A DNA stretch of 64,000 bases from assembly GCA_937907425.1 (NCBI GenBank), contig CALCIE010000024.1, positions 74,764 to 138,763 on the forward strand, written 5' to 3'. A model generated the notes under the pieces. It saw nothing but the letters and a program-made list of their open reading frames with translations. It was not told the origin of the DNA and did no database searches. Both the position numbers and the translations under genes were made by a program. Numbering within the stretch: position 1 is the first letter of the stretch; the number at the start of each line of letters is the position of its first letter. This DNA is from an uncultured Pseudomonadota bacterium. Lineage in GTDB: Bacteria; Pseudomonadota; Gammaproteobacteria; Burkholderiales; SG8-39. Below are positions 1 through 10,866 of this stretch, piece by piece.

Positions 1-814
1 GCGCATAGCGCATCACGGGCAGATGATGCGGGGACGGCTGCAGGTACTGGCCGATGGTCAGCATGTCGACGTCGTGCGCGCGCAGATCGCGCATCACCTG
101 CAGGATCTCCTCGTCGGTCTCGCCCAGGCCCAGCATCAGTCCAGACTTGGTCGGCACCTGCGGGTGACGCGCCTTGAATTCCTGCAGCAGCTTGAGCGAA
201 TGGTGGTAATCCGAACCCGGTCGCGCGGCCTTGTACAGCCGCGGCACGGTTTCCAGATTATGGTTCATCACGTCCGGCGGCGCGGCGCACAGGATGTCCA
301 GTGCGCGGTCGAGCCGGCCGCGGAAATCCGGCACCAGCACCTCGATCTTCGTCTGCGGCGAGTGCTCGCGCACGGCACGAATGCAATCGACGAAATGCTG
401 CGCCCCGCCGTCGCGCAGATCGTCGCGGTCCACGCTGGTGATGACCACGTAGGAGAGCTTGAGTGCGGCGATGGTTTTTGCCAGGTGCAGCGGCTCGTCC
501 GGGTCGAGCGGCAGGGGGCGGCCGTGGGCGACGTCGCAGAAAGGACAGCGGCGCGTGCAGATGTCGCCCATGATCATGAACGTCGCCGTGCCGTGGCCGA
601 AGCATTCGCCGATGTTGGGGCAGGACGCTTCCTCGCACACCGTGTGCAGCCGGTGCTCGCGCAGGATGCGCTTGATCTCGTAGAAACGCGACCCCGCCTG
701 CGGCGCGCGCACGCGAATCCATTCGGGCTTGGGCAGCTTTTCCTGCGGCACGATCTTGATGGGGATGCGCGCGGTCTTGCCTTCGCCCTTGTATTTGACG
801 CCGGGTTCTTTCAT
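1..814 (-). CDS. lipA: lipoyl synthase (radical SAM); N-terminal ~271 codons, C-terminus runs off the window start
   Basis: Absent from the ORF track because there is no stop in the window. My reverse-strand translation from ATG (814) reads [64 protein letters not shown]... Both LipA cysteine clusters are present, and the gene lies directly downstream of lipB. Confidence 0.9.
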   Translation of the reverse strand, partial: MKEPGVKYKGEGKTARIPIKIVPQEKLPKPEWIRVRAPQAGSRFYEIKRILREHRLHTVCEEASCPNIGECFGHGTATFMIMGDICTRRCPFCDVAHGRPLPLDPDEPLHLAKTIAALKLSYVVITSVDRDDLRDGGAQHFVDCIRAVREHSPQTKIEVLVPDFRGRLDRALDILCAAPPDVMNHNLETVPRLYKAARPGSDYHHSLKLLQEFKARHPQVPTKSGLMLGLGETDEEILQVMRDLRAHDVDMLTIGQYLQPSPHHLPVMRYA

Positions 815-824
815 CGCTCGACTC

Positions 825-1484
825 TCAGGGAAGCGCCAGTTTAGCAGCTGCCGCAAGCAAGGCGTTGATACGGGCGGCGAGAAGGTGCGCGGCATCGGCC
901 GGGGCGGCGTCCACGCCCAGGTCGCGCAATTGCGTCACCGCAAGACCCTGGTAGCCGCAGGGATTGATGTAGGAGAAAGGCGCGAGATCCATGTCGACGT
1001 TGAACGCCAGGCCGTGATAGCAGCAGCCGTTGCGCACGCGCAGGCCCAGCGCGGCGATTTTCGCGCCGTTCACATAGACGCCCGGCGCGCCGGGTCTGCG
1101 TTCGCCGACGATGGCGAAGCTTTGCAACAGGTCGATGACCGCCTGTTCCAGCAGGTGCACGAAGCCTCTCACCGTCAGCGCGCGCCGGCGCAGATCGACC
1201 AGGGTATAGACCACCGCCTGGCCGGGACCGTGATAGGTGATCTGGCCGCCGCGGTCGATCTGCACCAGGGGAATGCCGGTGTCGACGAGCAGGTGCTCCT
1301 TCTTGCCCGCCTGGCCCAGGGTATAGACCGGCGCATGTTCGACCAGCCACAACTGATCCGGGCTTGTCTCGTCGCGGGCGACGGTATAGCGCCGCATGGC
1401 TTCGTAACAGGCTGCGTAGTCCACGCGTCCGAGCGCGCGGATCTCGGCCGGTTCGAAGTTCAGGGCTTGCGGCAGCGCGCTCAC
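825..1484 (-). CDS. lipB: octanoyltransferase (lipoyl(octanoyl) transferase)
   Basis: ORF 825..1514 contains ..[50 protein letters not shown], typical of LipB. I prefer the GTG at 1484, which gives a GTGA overlap with the ybeD stop, over the GTG at 1514. Confidence 0.88.
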   Translation of the reverse strand: MSALPQALNFEPAEIRALGRVDYAACYEAMRRYTVARDETSPDQLWLVEHAPVYTLGQAGKKEHLLVDTGIPLVQIDRGGQITYHGPGQAVVYTLVDLRRRALTVRGFVHLLEQAVIDLLQSFAIVGERRPGAPGVYVNGAKIAALGLRVRNGCCYHGLAFNVDMDLAPFSYINPCGYQGLAVTQLRDLGVDAAPADAAHLLAARINALLAAAAKLALP

Positions 1485-1747
1485 AGCACCATCGTCACCA
1501 TGGGGTGATCGCACAGTTCCCGGTAGAGGCTGTCGAGCTGCTCGCGCGAAGTGGCCTGCACCGTGACCGTAACGCTCAGGTATTTGCCGCCGCGGCTGGG
1601 GCGCATTTCCATGGTGGCGGCATCGAAGCCGGGATCGTGGCGCCTGACGATCTCGAACACCGTCTGCGCGAAATCCTTTTGCATGCGCCCCACCACCTTG
1701 ATGGGGAAGGGGCAGGGATATTCGATCAGGGATGGCTCTTCAACCAC
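1481..1747 (-). CDS. ybeD: YbeD-family (DUF493) small protein
   Basis: The 88-aa product aligns by eye along its whole length with E. coli YbeD (..[11 protein letters not shown]...[24 protein letters not shown]..). It sits in the conserved position between dacC/dat and lipB. GTG start. Confidence 0.85.
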   Translation of the reverse strand: MVEEPSLIEYPCPFPIKVVGRMQKDFAQTVFEIVRRHDPGFDAATMEMRPSRGGKYLSVTVTVQATSREQLDSLYRELCDHPMVTMVL

Positions 1748-2597
1748 GCGCGTACTTCTCCTTGTAGTCCTGGTAGAGGGCGTACATCGCGCGGTACACC
1801 GGACCCGGCGCGCCGTTGCCGACCGGCATGCCGTCGACCACGGTGACGGGCATGATCTCGCGGATCGAGGAGGTCAGCCAGACCTCGTCCGAGGCGTAGA
1901 GTTCGGTCAGCGTGATGTCGCGCATTTCGAAGGGCAGCTCGTGCGCCTTGGCCAGTTCGAGCACCAGGTCGTAGGTGATGCCCGGCAGGATCAGATGATC
2001 CTTGGGCGGCGCGACGATGATGCCGTCCTTGACGATGAAGACGTTCGCGCTGGAGGCCTCCGTGACCTTGCCGTCGCGCAGCAGGATCACTTCCGCGCAG
2101 CCCGCGTCCACCGCTTCCTGGCGCAACAGGCAGTTGGCGATGAGCGAGGTGGTCTTGATGTCGCAGCGCAGCCAGCGGTAGTCCTCGCGGGTGATGACCT
2201 TGTAGCCTTCGGCGCGCTGCGCTTCGGTGGGCTGGCGCAGCGGGCTGCTCATGATGAGCACCGTCGGCTCCACCGGCGGCGAGGGGAAGGGCTGGTCGCG
2301 CGGCGCGACGCCGCGCGTCACCTGCAGGTAGACGCTTTGATCGTCCCAGGGATTGGCATCCACTACGCGTTGCAGCAGCTCGCTCCAGCGCTCGTCGTCG
2401 TAGGGATTGGCGATGCGTACGCTCGCCAGGCTGTAGCGCAGCCGGGCGAGGTGCTCGCGCAGGCGGAACAGGCGGCGGTTGTAGGCCGGGAGCAGTTCGT
2501 AGACCGCGTCGCCGAAAATGAAGCCGCGGTCCAGCACCGAAACTTTGGCGTCGGACTTGGGAACGAACTCGCCGTTGAGATAGACCGTTTCGCTCAC
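1740..2597 (-). CDS. dat: D-amino-acid aminotransferase (class IV PLP aminotransferase)
   Basis: 285 aa beginning MSETVYLNGEFVPKSDAKVSVLDRGFIFGDAVYE.., the class-IV fold signature. GTG start is preceded by GGGGAGGG. Confidence 0.8.
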   Translation of the reverse strand: MSETVYLNGEFVPKSDAKVSVLDRGFIFGDAVYELLPAYNRRLFRLREHLARLRYSLASVRIANPYDDERWSELLQRVVDANPWDDQSVYLQVTRGVAPRDQPFPSPPVEPTVLIMSSPLRQPTEAQRAEGYKVITREDYRWLRCDIKTTSLIANCLLRQEAVDAGCAEVILLRDGKVTEASSANVFIVKDGIIVAPPKDHLILPGITYDLVLELAKAHELPFEMRDITLTELYASDEVWLTSSIREIMPVTVVDGMPVGNGAPGPVYRAMYALYQDYKEKYARG

Positions 2598-2634
2598 TTC
2601 GTGCCCTCCCCGGCCGGCGCGGCGCCCGCCCGGC

Positions 2635-3756
2635 CTATTTCAGCCACAGCCGGATGGTATCCCAGATGCGGCCGAAGAAGCCGGCCTGCGGCACGTTGTC
2701 CAGGGCGACGACGGGGTACTCGCCGACCGGCTTGCCGTCCAGCGTCACCCGCACGGTGCCCACTTCCGTGCCCGCGGCGATGGGCGCGATGAGCGGCTGT
2801 TGCGATACCAGCTCGGCCTTCAGTTTCTCGGCGTCGCCGCGCGGCAGGGTGAGATAGAGGTCTTCGCGCGGGCCGGCGTTCACCGTGTCGCGGGCGCCCT
2901 TCCAGACCGGCAGCGTGCTCACCGTCTGCCCTTTGCGGTAGAGCAGCACGCTGTCGTAGAACTGGAAGCCGTAGTTCAGCAGCTTGAGACTCTCCTGGGC
3001 GCGCGCGGCTTCGGAAGCAGTGCCCATCACCACCGAGATCAGACGGCGGTCGCCGCGTTTGGCGGAGGCGATCAGGCAATAGCCGGCCGATTCGGTATGG
3101 CCGGTCTTGACGCCGTCCACATAGGGATCGAGCCACAGCAGCCGGTTGCGGTTGAGCTGGTTGATGTTGTTGTAGCGGTACTCGCGCGTGGCGTAGAGCG
3201 CGTAGTGCTGCGGAAACTCGCGGATGATCGTCGCGGTGAGCCGGGCGAGGTCGCGTGCGGTCGAGTAGTGGTTGGGATCGGGCCAGCCGGTGGAATTGGC
3301 AAAACGGGTGTTCCGCATCCCCAGGCGCTGAGCCTCGCGGTTCATCATTTGCGCGAACACCTCTTCGGAGCCGCCCAGCAGTTCCGCGAGCGCGATGGTG
3401 GCGTCGTTGCCCGATTGCACGATCACGCCGTAGAGCAGTTGCTCGACCGTGACGGGTTTGCGCGGCTCGATGAACATGCGCGAGCCGCCGGCCTTCCACG
3501 CGTTGACCGACACCGGCACCACCTGATCGGGCTGAATCTGCTTCTTCTCCAGCGCCTGCGCCACCAGATAGGCGGTCATCAGCTTGGTGAGCGAGGCGGG
3601 TTCGAGCCGTTCGTCGGCATTGTGCTCGGCGATGATCTGTCCGGTCTGGTAATCCATCAGCAGCCAGGCCTTGGCAGCGATGGGCGGAGGCGGCGGCGCA
3701 TCGGCCAGCGCGAGCAGGGGAAACAGCAACAGGCAGGCGAATAGACGACGCATCAT
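2635..3756 (-). CDS. dacC: D-alanyl-D-alanine carboxypeptidase (PBP5/6 class)
   Basis: SxxK (ASLTK), SGN (QSGNDA) and KTG (VKTGHT) motifs are present. A signal peptide MMRRLFACLLLFPLLALA starts at the internal ATG 3756; the track ORF extends upstream to 3858. Confidence 0.9.
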   Translation of the reverse strand: MMRRLFACLLLFPLLALADAPPPPPIAAKAWLLMDYQTGQIIAEHNADERLEPASLTKLMTAYLVAQALEKKQIQPDQVVPVSVNAWKAGGSRMFIEPRKPVTVEQLLYGVIVQSGNDATIALAELLGGSEEVFAQMMNREAQRLGMRNTRFANSTGWPDPNHYSTARDLARLTATIIREFPQHYALYATREYRYNNINQLNRNRLLWLDPYVDGVKTGHTESAGYCLIASAKRGDRRLISVVMGTASEAARAQESLKLLNYGFQFYDSVLLYRKGQTVSTLPVWKGARDTVNAGPREDLYLTLPRGDAEKLKAELVSQQPLIAPIAAGTEVGTVRVTLDGKPVGEYPVVALDNVPQAGFFGRIWDTIRLWLK

Positions 3757-3880
3757 TGAATGACTCTGTGTTTGGAACGGGAACAAAGGCGGGCGTGTAC
3801 GATTATAAGAGGGTATGCAACGCGCCCGTGACGGCGGTGCCGCGCCCGTTCGATGCATCGACGCGCGAATGGTTCCGCTT

Positions 3881-4768
3881 CTAGCGCAGGATGTGGGGCT
3901 TGAAGTTGAGGCTGCGGCTCAGGCGTTCGGCGATCTCCCCCGCTTCGGCTGCCGAACCGTAAGGGCCGAGGCGTACGCGGAACAGGCCCTGGTGCGGCAC
4001 GATGTCGACGGCGCGATCCAGCAGGGCGGCGACTTCGCGCGTGATGCGTTCGCGGAAGCTCTCGGCGTTGGCGCGCGCGCTGAATGCGCCGAGTTGCAAA
4101 TAAATGTTGCCTTCCGCAGCGGGCTCGGCCGGTGCGGCACCGTCCTTGGCGTCGGCGACCGCCGGCGCGGCGTCCGGTTGCGGAAACACCCGCTCCACTT
4201 CCACCAGCGCGCTGCCCTGCTCTACATAGCCCAGCTTGTACGCGGCGGCGTAGGACAGGTCGATGATGCGGTCGTGCAGGAACGGCCCGCGGTCGTTGAT
4301 GCGGACCACGACCGAGCGCCCGTTGGCGAGATTGGTCACGCGCGCATAACTGGGGATCGGCATGGTCGGATGCGCGGCCGTCATGGCGTACATGTCGTAG
4401 GGCTCGCCACTCGCCGTGGGTTTGCCGTGGAATCTGCGGCCGTACCAGCTCGCGATGCCGCGCTGGCGGAATTCGCGGCGGTCCACCATCGGCACGTACT
4501 CTTTGCCGAAGGCGACATAGCGTCGGTTGGCGTAGCGATGCAGTGGTTCGTCGCGCGGCACGGCATCGGGCACGCGGTCCAGGTCCGCCGGGACCTGGTC
4601 GCCCGGTCCGTCGTCCAGGTAGTAGCCGCCGCCTTTGGCGCTCTTGGCCGGCGGTGCCGACTCGGGTTCGCCGGGACCGCGCACGGGCGCGCTGCCGCAT
4701 CCCCATAGGGCGAGCAGCAGGCCGCCCACCGCGAACCAGCGTACCGTCGACGATCGCAAGCTTTGCAC
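3881..4768 (-). CDS. rlpA: septal-ring lytic transglycosylase RlpA (DPBB domain plus C-terminal SPOR)
   Basis: Lipobox LLLALWGC; GIASWYG..FHGKPTASGEPYD..AAHPTLP-like DPBB core; C-terminal YLQLGAFS..A SPOR motif. GTG start behind GAGGAGGAGG. Confidence 0.9.
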   Translation of the reverse strand: MQSLRSSTVRWFAVGGLLLALWGCGSAPVRGPGEPESAPPAKSAKGGGYYLDDGPGDQVPADLDRVPDAVPRDEPLHRYANRRYVAFGKEYVPMVDRREFRQRGIASWYGRRFHGKPTASGEPYDMYAMTAAHPTMPIPSYARVTNLANGRSVVVRINDRGPFLHDRIIDLSYAAAYKLGYVEQGSALVEVERVFPQPDAAPAVADAKDGAAPAEPAAEGNIYLQLGAFSARANAESFRERITREVAALLDRAVDIVPHQGLFRVRLGPYGSAAEAGEIAERLSRSLNFKPHILR

Positions 4769-4777
4769 GCCTCCTCC

Positions 4778-5875
4778 TCAGGTCTGGATCAGCTTACGGT
4801 GCTTCTGGATGCTCATCAGGATGCCGATGCCGAGGAACAGCGTCACCAGCGCGGTGCCGCCGTAGCTGATCAGCGGCAAGGGCACGCCCACCACCGGCAG
4901 GATGCCGCTCACCATGCCCATGTTGACGAACGCATAGGTGAAGAACGACAGCGTGATGGCACCGGCGAGCAGCCGCGAGAAAAAGGTCGCGGCGTTGGCG
5001 GCGATCACCATACCGCGGGCGATCAGCGCCAGATAGAGCAGCAGCAGGATGCTGTTGCCGATCAGGCCGAATTCTTCCGAATACACGGCGAAAATGAAAT
5101 CGGTGGTGCGCTCGGGGATGAAGTCCAGATGCGTCTGGGTGCCTTCCAGCCAGCCCTTGCCCTTGAGGCCACCCGAGCCCACCGCGATGGTGGACTGGAT
5201 GATGTGATAGCCGGCTCCGAGCGGATCGCTGGTGGGATCGAGCAGCGTCAGCACCCGGCGGCGCTGGTAGTCGTGCAGCATCGACCAGAAGATGGGCATC
5301 GCGGCACCGGCGGCCGCGGCCATGCCCAGCATGAGCTTCCAGGGCAGGCCGGCGAGGAAGATGACGTAGAAGCCGGCCGCGAGCACCAGCATCGCGGTAC
5401 CCAGATCCGGCTGCTTCATGATCAGCCCGACCGGAATGGCGAGCAGGATCGCCGCCACCAGGAAGTCGCGCAGCCGGACTTCGCCTTCGTGCTTGTCGAA
5501 ATACCAAGCGAGGACCAGCGGAGTGGCGATCTTGAGCATCTCCGAAGGCTGGAAACGGACGAACCCCAGGTTCAGCCAGCGTTGCGAGCCGTTGACGATC
5601 TCGCCGAACAGATCCACCGCGACGAGCAGCGCGACGCCCACAAGATAGATGGGCACCGCGAGCCGCATCAACATCTGCGGCGGCACCTGCGCCGCCACCC
5701 ACATGACGCTCAATGCCACGGCGATGTTGATGCCCTGCGCGATCAGGCGCGAAGCGTCCTGGTTGGCCGCGCTGTAGAGCGTGAACAGCCCGACCGCCAG
5801 CAGCACAGTGCTGATGAACATCAGCGGGCTGTCGATGTTGCTGGTGAAGCGCTGCAGGAGTTTTTTCAACATCAT
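4778..5875 (-). CDS. rodA: peptidoglycan glycosyltransferase RodA (SEDS family)
   Basis: The true start MMLKKLLQRFTSNIDSPLMFIST.. lies inside track ORF 4778..6487. The product is a polytopic SEDS sequence ending ..PLPLISYGGTALVT... ATGA overlap with mrdA. Confidence 0.92.
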   Translation of the reverse strand: MMLKKLLQRFTSNIDSPLMFISTVLLAVGLFTLYSAANQDASRLIAQGINIAVALSVMWVAAQVPPQMLMRLAVPIYLVGVALLVAVDLFGEIVNGSQRWLNLGFVRFQPSEMLKIATPLVLAWYFDKHEGEVRLRDFLVAAILLAIPVGLIMKQPDLGTAMLVLAAGFYVIFLAGLPWKLMLGMAAAAGAAMPIFWSMLHDYQRRRVLTLLDPTSDPLGAGYHIIQSTIAVGSGGLKGKGWLEGTQTHLDFIPERTTDFIFAVYSEEFGLIGNSILLLLYLALIARGMVIAANAATFFSRLLAGAITLSFFTYAFVNMGMVSGILPVVGVPLPLISYGGTALVTLFLGIGILMSIQKHRKLIQT

Positions 5876-7782
5876 TCGGCTCCCGCAGTGGCAGCGACCG
5901 GCTGCACGGCCGGGGTCTCGGGCAGTTTGCCGAGCAGATAGTAGTCGAAAGCGACGCGTGCGATCGGGGCCGCCACGGTGCTGCCGTGCCCGCCGTTCTC
6001 CACCAGGACGCCGATCGCGATCTTGGGATCGTCGGCCGGGGCGAAGGCGATGAACAGGGCGTGGTCGCGGAAGCGCTCGGCGATGCGCTTCTCGTCGTAC
6101 TTCTCGTTCTGCTTGATGCCGATCACCTGCGCGGTTCCGGTTTTGCCGGCGAAAGCGTAAGCAACGCCTTTGCCCGCTTGGGAGGCCGTCCCGCCGGGGC
6201 GGGTGACGTCCACCATCGCCTGCTTCACCAGCGCCAGCCACTGGGGGTTGAGCTTCACGTGGCGCACCGGCTCCGGCTCGACCGGGCGTTTCTCGCCCGT
6301 GCGCGTGTCGACGATGTATTTCACCAGGTGCGGGCGGTAGGCGATGCCGTCGTTGGCGAGGATCGAGGTGGCATAGGCCAGTTGCAGCGGCGTGGCGAGG
6401 TTGTAGCCCTGGCCGATCGTGACCGAGACGGTGTCGCCGGTGTACCAGCGCTGGTCTTCCGGGCGCGAGAAGCGCTTGCGCTTCCATTCGCGCGAGGGCA
6501 GCAGGCCGCCCCGCTCGCCCGGGATGTCGATGCCCGTCGGCGAGCCGAAGCCGAACTGCGACAGGAAGCCGTGCATCACGTCGATGTCGATGTCGGTCGA
6601 CAGACCGTAGTAATAGGTGTCGCAGGAGACCACGATCGACTTGTGCAGGTTAACCTTGCCGTGGCCGCCGACCTTCCAGTCGCGGTAGCGGTGCGTATGT
6701 CCGGGCAGCGTGTAATAGCCCGGGTCGTTGATGGTGTAGTCGGGCGTGCGCTTGCCCAGTTCCAGCGCCATGAGCGCCATGAAGGGCTTGAAGGTCGAAC
6801 CGGGCGGATAGGCGCCGCTCAGCGCGCGGTTGGTGAGCGGTTTGTCGGGCGAATTGTTCAGCTCCGCCCAGGTCTGCGGATCGATGCCGTCCACGAACAG
6901 GTTGGGATCGAAGCCGGGTTTGCTGACGAAGGCGAGCACACCGCCCGTCTTCGGCTCGATCGCCACCGCCGCGCCGCGATAGTCGCCGAAGGCGGCTTCG
7001 ATGATCTCCTGCAGTTTGGCGTCCAGGGTGAGGATGAGGTTGTTGCCGGCGATGGGCGGGTTCTCCGACAGGGTGCGGATCGGCCGGCCGTTGGCGTCGA
7101 TCTCCACCTGCGCCGATCCGGTGGTGCCGTGCAGCTCGTACTCGTAGCTCTTCTCGAGACCGACCTTGCCGATGTAGTCGGTGCCCTTGTAGTTGGCGGT
7201 CTGCTCGTCGGCCGCGAGCTGTTCCAGATCGCGGTCGTTGATGCGCCCCATATAGCCGAGCGCGTGCGAAGCCAACTCGCCGAACGGGTAGTCCCGGTAC
7301 AGGCGCGCCTTGATCTCCACGCCGGGGAAGCGGAACGCGTTGGCCGCGAAACGCGCGACCTCCTCGTCGCTCAGGCGGGTCTTGATCGGCAGGCTGCCGG
7401 CGGCGCGCAGTTCCGCGCGCAGTTTACGGAAGCGGTTGCGGTCGCGCGGGCTGATCTCGATCAGTTCCGCCAGCGCGTCGATGGTCGCTTCCGGGTCCTC
7501 GACCTTGGCGGGGTCCATCTCCAGCGTGTAGGCGGAGAAGTTGCGCGCCAGCACGACTCCGTTGCGGTCCAGGATCAGACCGCGGTTGGGCTGGATGGGG
7601 ACCACCGAGATGCGGTTGTCCTCGGCCTTGGTCTGGTAATACTCGTGGCGGATCAGCTGCAGCCAGGTGAAGCGCCCGAACAGGATGCCGAAGGCGACGA
7701 GCACGCCCACGCCCGCGACCGCCAGACGTCTGCGGAAGCGGTACAAATCACGTTCATGGTCGCGGAATTCGGTGAGGCTCAT
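5872..7782 (-). CDS. mrdA: penicillin-binding protein 2 (elongasome transpeptidase)
   Basis: 636 aa; N-terminal anchor, then STFKP (SxxK), and KTGTAQ near the C-terminus. Sits between mreD and rodA. Confidence 0.93.
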   Translation of the reverse strand: MSLTEFRDHERDLYRFRRRLAVAGVGVLVAFGILFGRFTWLQLIRHEYYQTKAEDNRISVVPIQPNRGLILDRNGVVLARNFSAYTLEMDPAKVEDPEATIDALAELIEISPRDRNRFRKLRAELRAAGSLPIKTRLSDEEVARFAANAFRFPGVEIKARLYRDYPFGELASHALGYMGRINDRDLEQLAADEQTANYKGTDYIGKVGLEKSYEYELHGTTGSAQVEIDANGRPIRTLSENPPIAGNNLILTLDAKLQEIIEAAFGDYRGAAVAIEPKTGGVLAFVSKPGFDPNLFVDGIDPQTWAELNNSPDKPLTNRALSGAYPPGSTFKPFMALMALELGKRTPDYTINDPGYYTLPGHTHRYRDWKVGGHGKVNLHKSIVVSCDTYYYGLSTDIDIDVMHGFLSQFGFGSPTGIDIPGERGGLLPSREWKRKRFSRPEDQRWYTGDTVSVTIGQGYNLATPLQLAYATSILANDGIAYRPHLVKYIVDTRTGEKRPVEPEPVRHVKLNPQWLALVKQAMVDVTRPGGTASQAGKGVAYAFAGKTGTAQVIGIKQNEKYDEKRIAERFRDHALFIAFAPADDPKIAIGVLVENGGHGSTVAAPIARVAFDYYLLGKLPETPAVQPVAATAGAE

Positions 7783-7874
7783 CTGGAGCTTGGCTGGATG
7801 CGGGACGGCACGGCTGGGCTCATGACGCGCGGCATCGCCGCAAGGTCCGAGCCGGCCCGCCTGCTAAGAGTGCC

Positions 7875-8396
7875 CTAGATGGGCCGAGTTTCGTCGATGT
7901 CGTCGGGCGCACGTTGCGGAGCGAGCAGTAAGTCGGTAATGAAAGGCCACAGCAGCGCCGAGATCCCGATCCCGACCAGCGTCAGCCAGCCCGGGAAGGT
8001 GCCGCCGGCGATCAGACGCACCGCCAGCATGATGAGCTGGGAGAGCAGCAGCAGCACGAACACGTGGACCGCCTGCGGCCAGACGCCGAACAGCAGCACG
8101 CGCCGGTGGATGACATGGGCGCCGAAGGCGAGGCAGGCGTAGGCCAGCGCATGCTGTCCGATCAGCGCGCCATTGGCCGCGTCCATGGCCAGGCCCAGCA
8201 CCCAGGCGATGCCCACCCCCACCTTGCGCGGCTGATGGATGCACCAGAAGGTGAGCGTCAGCGCCAGCAGATCGGGGACCAGCCGCAGATCGGGCCAGGG
8301 CAGCAGATTGAAGGCCAGCGCGCCCAGCAGGCTGAAGGCGATGAAGAAGGGATTGGCCGGGCGCAGGATGCGCTGCGGTTGCTGCTGCCTTTTCAT
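7875..8396 (-). CDS. mreD: rod shape-determining protein MreD
   Basis: 173-aa polytopic membrane protein directly after mreC, with an ATGA overlap. Confidence 0.85.
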   Translation of the reverse strand: MKRQQQPQRILRPANPFFIAFSLLGALAFNLLPWPDLRLVPDLLALTLTFWCIHQPRKVGVGIAWVLGLAMDAANGALIGQHALAYACLAFGAHVIHRRVLLFGVWPQAVHVFVLLLLSQLIMLAVRLIAGGTFPGWLTLVGIGISALLWPFITDLLLAPQRAPDDIDETRPI

Positions 8397-9316
8397 CGGC
8401 CGCGCCCCCTGCTCCGCGCCCGTTTCGCGCCGCGTGCGCGGTCGTCCTCGGGCTGCGCTTCCGTTTCCGCCAGGCGGGGAATGTCCTCCCGGTGCTGAAC
8501 CACCAGCACCTGGCGGTGCTGGTTGGTGCCGGCCGCAGGCCGCAGGCGGATTTTCGCGAAGGACATGGTCGCGTCGCGCTCGACGTGGGTCACCGTAGCC
8601 ACCGGCACGCCGCGCGGGTAGACGCCGTCCAGCCCGGAGGTGACGAGCTGGTCGCCGACCTGGACGTCGGCGTTGGCGGGCATGTAGCGCAATTCCATGG
8701 TATGACCGTCGCCCGAACCGTAGGCGATGCCGCGCAGGCCGTTGCGCAGCACCTGCACCGGGACGGACAGGTTCTTGTCGGTGACCAATGTGACTTCGGC
8801 GAGCAGCGGCAGCACGCGCGTGACCTGCCCCAGCACGCCCTGGTCGTCGACCACCGGCTGGCCCAGCTCGATGCCGTGCTGGCTGCCGCGATCGATGATC
8901 ACCTTGCGGCTGAAGGGATCGCGGCCGGCATAGACGATTTCGGCGAAGACCGTCTGCGAAGGGATGGTGCTGCGCGCATCGAGCAGCCTGCGCAGGCGCT
9001 CGTTCTCCTGCTCGAGCGATTCCAGCACCTGCAGGGACTGCGCGGTCAGCAGTTGCTGCGCCCGCAGTTCGGCGTTCTCGCGCTGCAGGCGGGCCTGGCT
9101 GCTGAAGAAATCGCTGACCTTGTTGAAGGCGATCACCGGCGCGGTCGCCACCTGCTGCAGCGGATAGATGGCCAGCGTCAGCGCATGGCGCAGCGGTTCG
9201 GCGTACTGGAACCGCGCATCCAGCACCATCAGCAGGACCGACAGCAAGCCGAAGAAGGTGAGCCGTGCAAGCGGAGCCGGGCCGCGCTTGAAGAACTGTG
9301 GCGGCTGATACTCCAT
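8393..9316 (-). CDS. mreC: rod shape-determining protein MreC
   Basis: 307 aa; N-terminal anchor, coiled-coil region (..LQRENAELRAQ..LEQENERLRRLL..), then a beta-rich domain. Located between mreB and mreD. Confidence 0.9.
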   Translation of the reverse strand: MEYQPPQFFKRGPAPLARLTFFGLLSVLLMVLDARFQYAEPLRHALTLAIYPLQQVATAPVIAFNKVSDFFSSQARLQRENAELRAQQLLTAQSLQVLESLEQENERLRRLLDARSTIPSQTVFAEIVYAGRDPFSRKVIIDRGSQHGIELGQPVVDDQGVLGQVTRVLPLLAEVTLVTDKNLSVPVQVLRNGLRGIAYGSGDGHTMELRYMPANADVQVGDQLVTSGLDGVYPRGVPVATVTHVERDATMSFAKIRLRPAAGTNQHRQVLVVQHREDIPRLAETEAQPEDDRARGAKRARSRGRGR

Positions 9317-9384
9317 GCGGCTTCAGGCGTTCCCTTCAAATGCCGCCTGGCATCCACCCGTGCGGACGGTCCGGGCGGCGGGCA

Positions 9385-10455
<1,071 letters not shown>

Positions 10456-10477
10456 TCAGTTCGAAGAAAGCCGGCCT

Positions 10478-10506
10478 TTAGAGGCACTTAAAAGGCGACG
10501 TATAAT
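10478..10506 (+). promoter_or_regulatory. candidate sigma70 promoter for gatCAB (TTAGAG-17 nt-TATAAT)
   Basis: A perfect TATAAT at 10501-10506 lies in an AT-rich patch of the mreB/gatC divergent region, with a weak -35 at 10478-10483 and a 17-nt spacer. Sequence inspection only. Confidence 0.4.
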
Positions 10507-10545
10507 ACATGAGTTTAAACGCTTGTTTTGAGCGGAAATTTGCAA

Positions 10546-10833
10546 ATGCCACTAAGCGCCGAAGAAATCAAGCGCATCGCCCGGCTGGCCCGCATCGAAG
10601 TGACGGACAGCGAACTGGACGAGGTGCGGGTGCAGCTGAACAACATCCTTGCCATGATCGGGCAGATGCAGGCGGCCCCGACCGAGGGCGTCGAACCCAT
10701 GGCGCATGCCCAGGACGTGGCCTTGCGTCTGCGCGAGGACGTCGTGACCGAACCCGACCGGCGCGAGCTGTTCCAGTCCATCGCGCCGCAGGTCGAAGCG
10801 GGCCTGTATCTGGTCCCCAAAGTCATTGAGTAA
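10546..10833 (+). CDS. gatC: Asp/Glu-tRNA amidotransferase subunit C
   Basis: [41 protein letters not shown].. is typical GatC. ATG at 10546; the track ORF begins at an upstream TTG, 10528. Confidence 0.9.
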   Translation: MPLSAEEIKRIARLARIEVTDSELDEVRVQLNNILAMIGQMQAAPTEGVEPMAHAQDVALRLREDVVTEPDRRELFQSIAPQVEAGLYLVPKVIE

Positions 10834-10866
10834 CCATCCGATCCCCGGCAGGGGATCCCGATCGCC

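Noticed and set aside
3802-3807. Perfect TATAAT (minus strand) upstream of dacC as a promoter
   Set aside because: No acceptable -35 at 16-18 nt (a TTGCAT lies only 7 nt away). A single hexamer is not enough to call a promoter.
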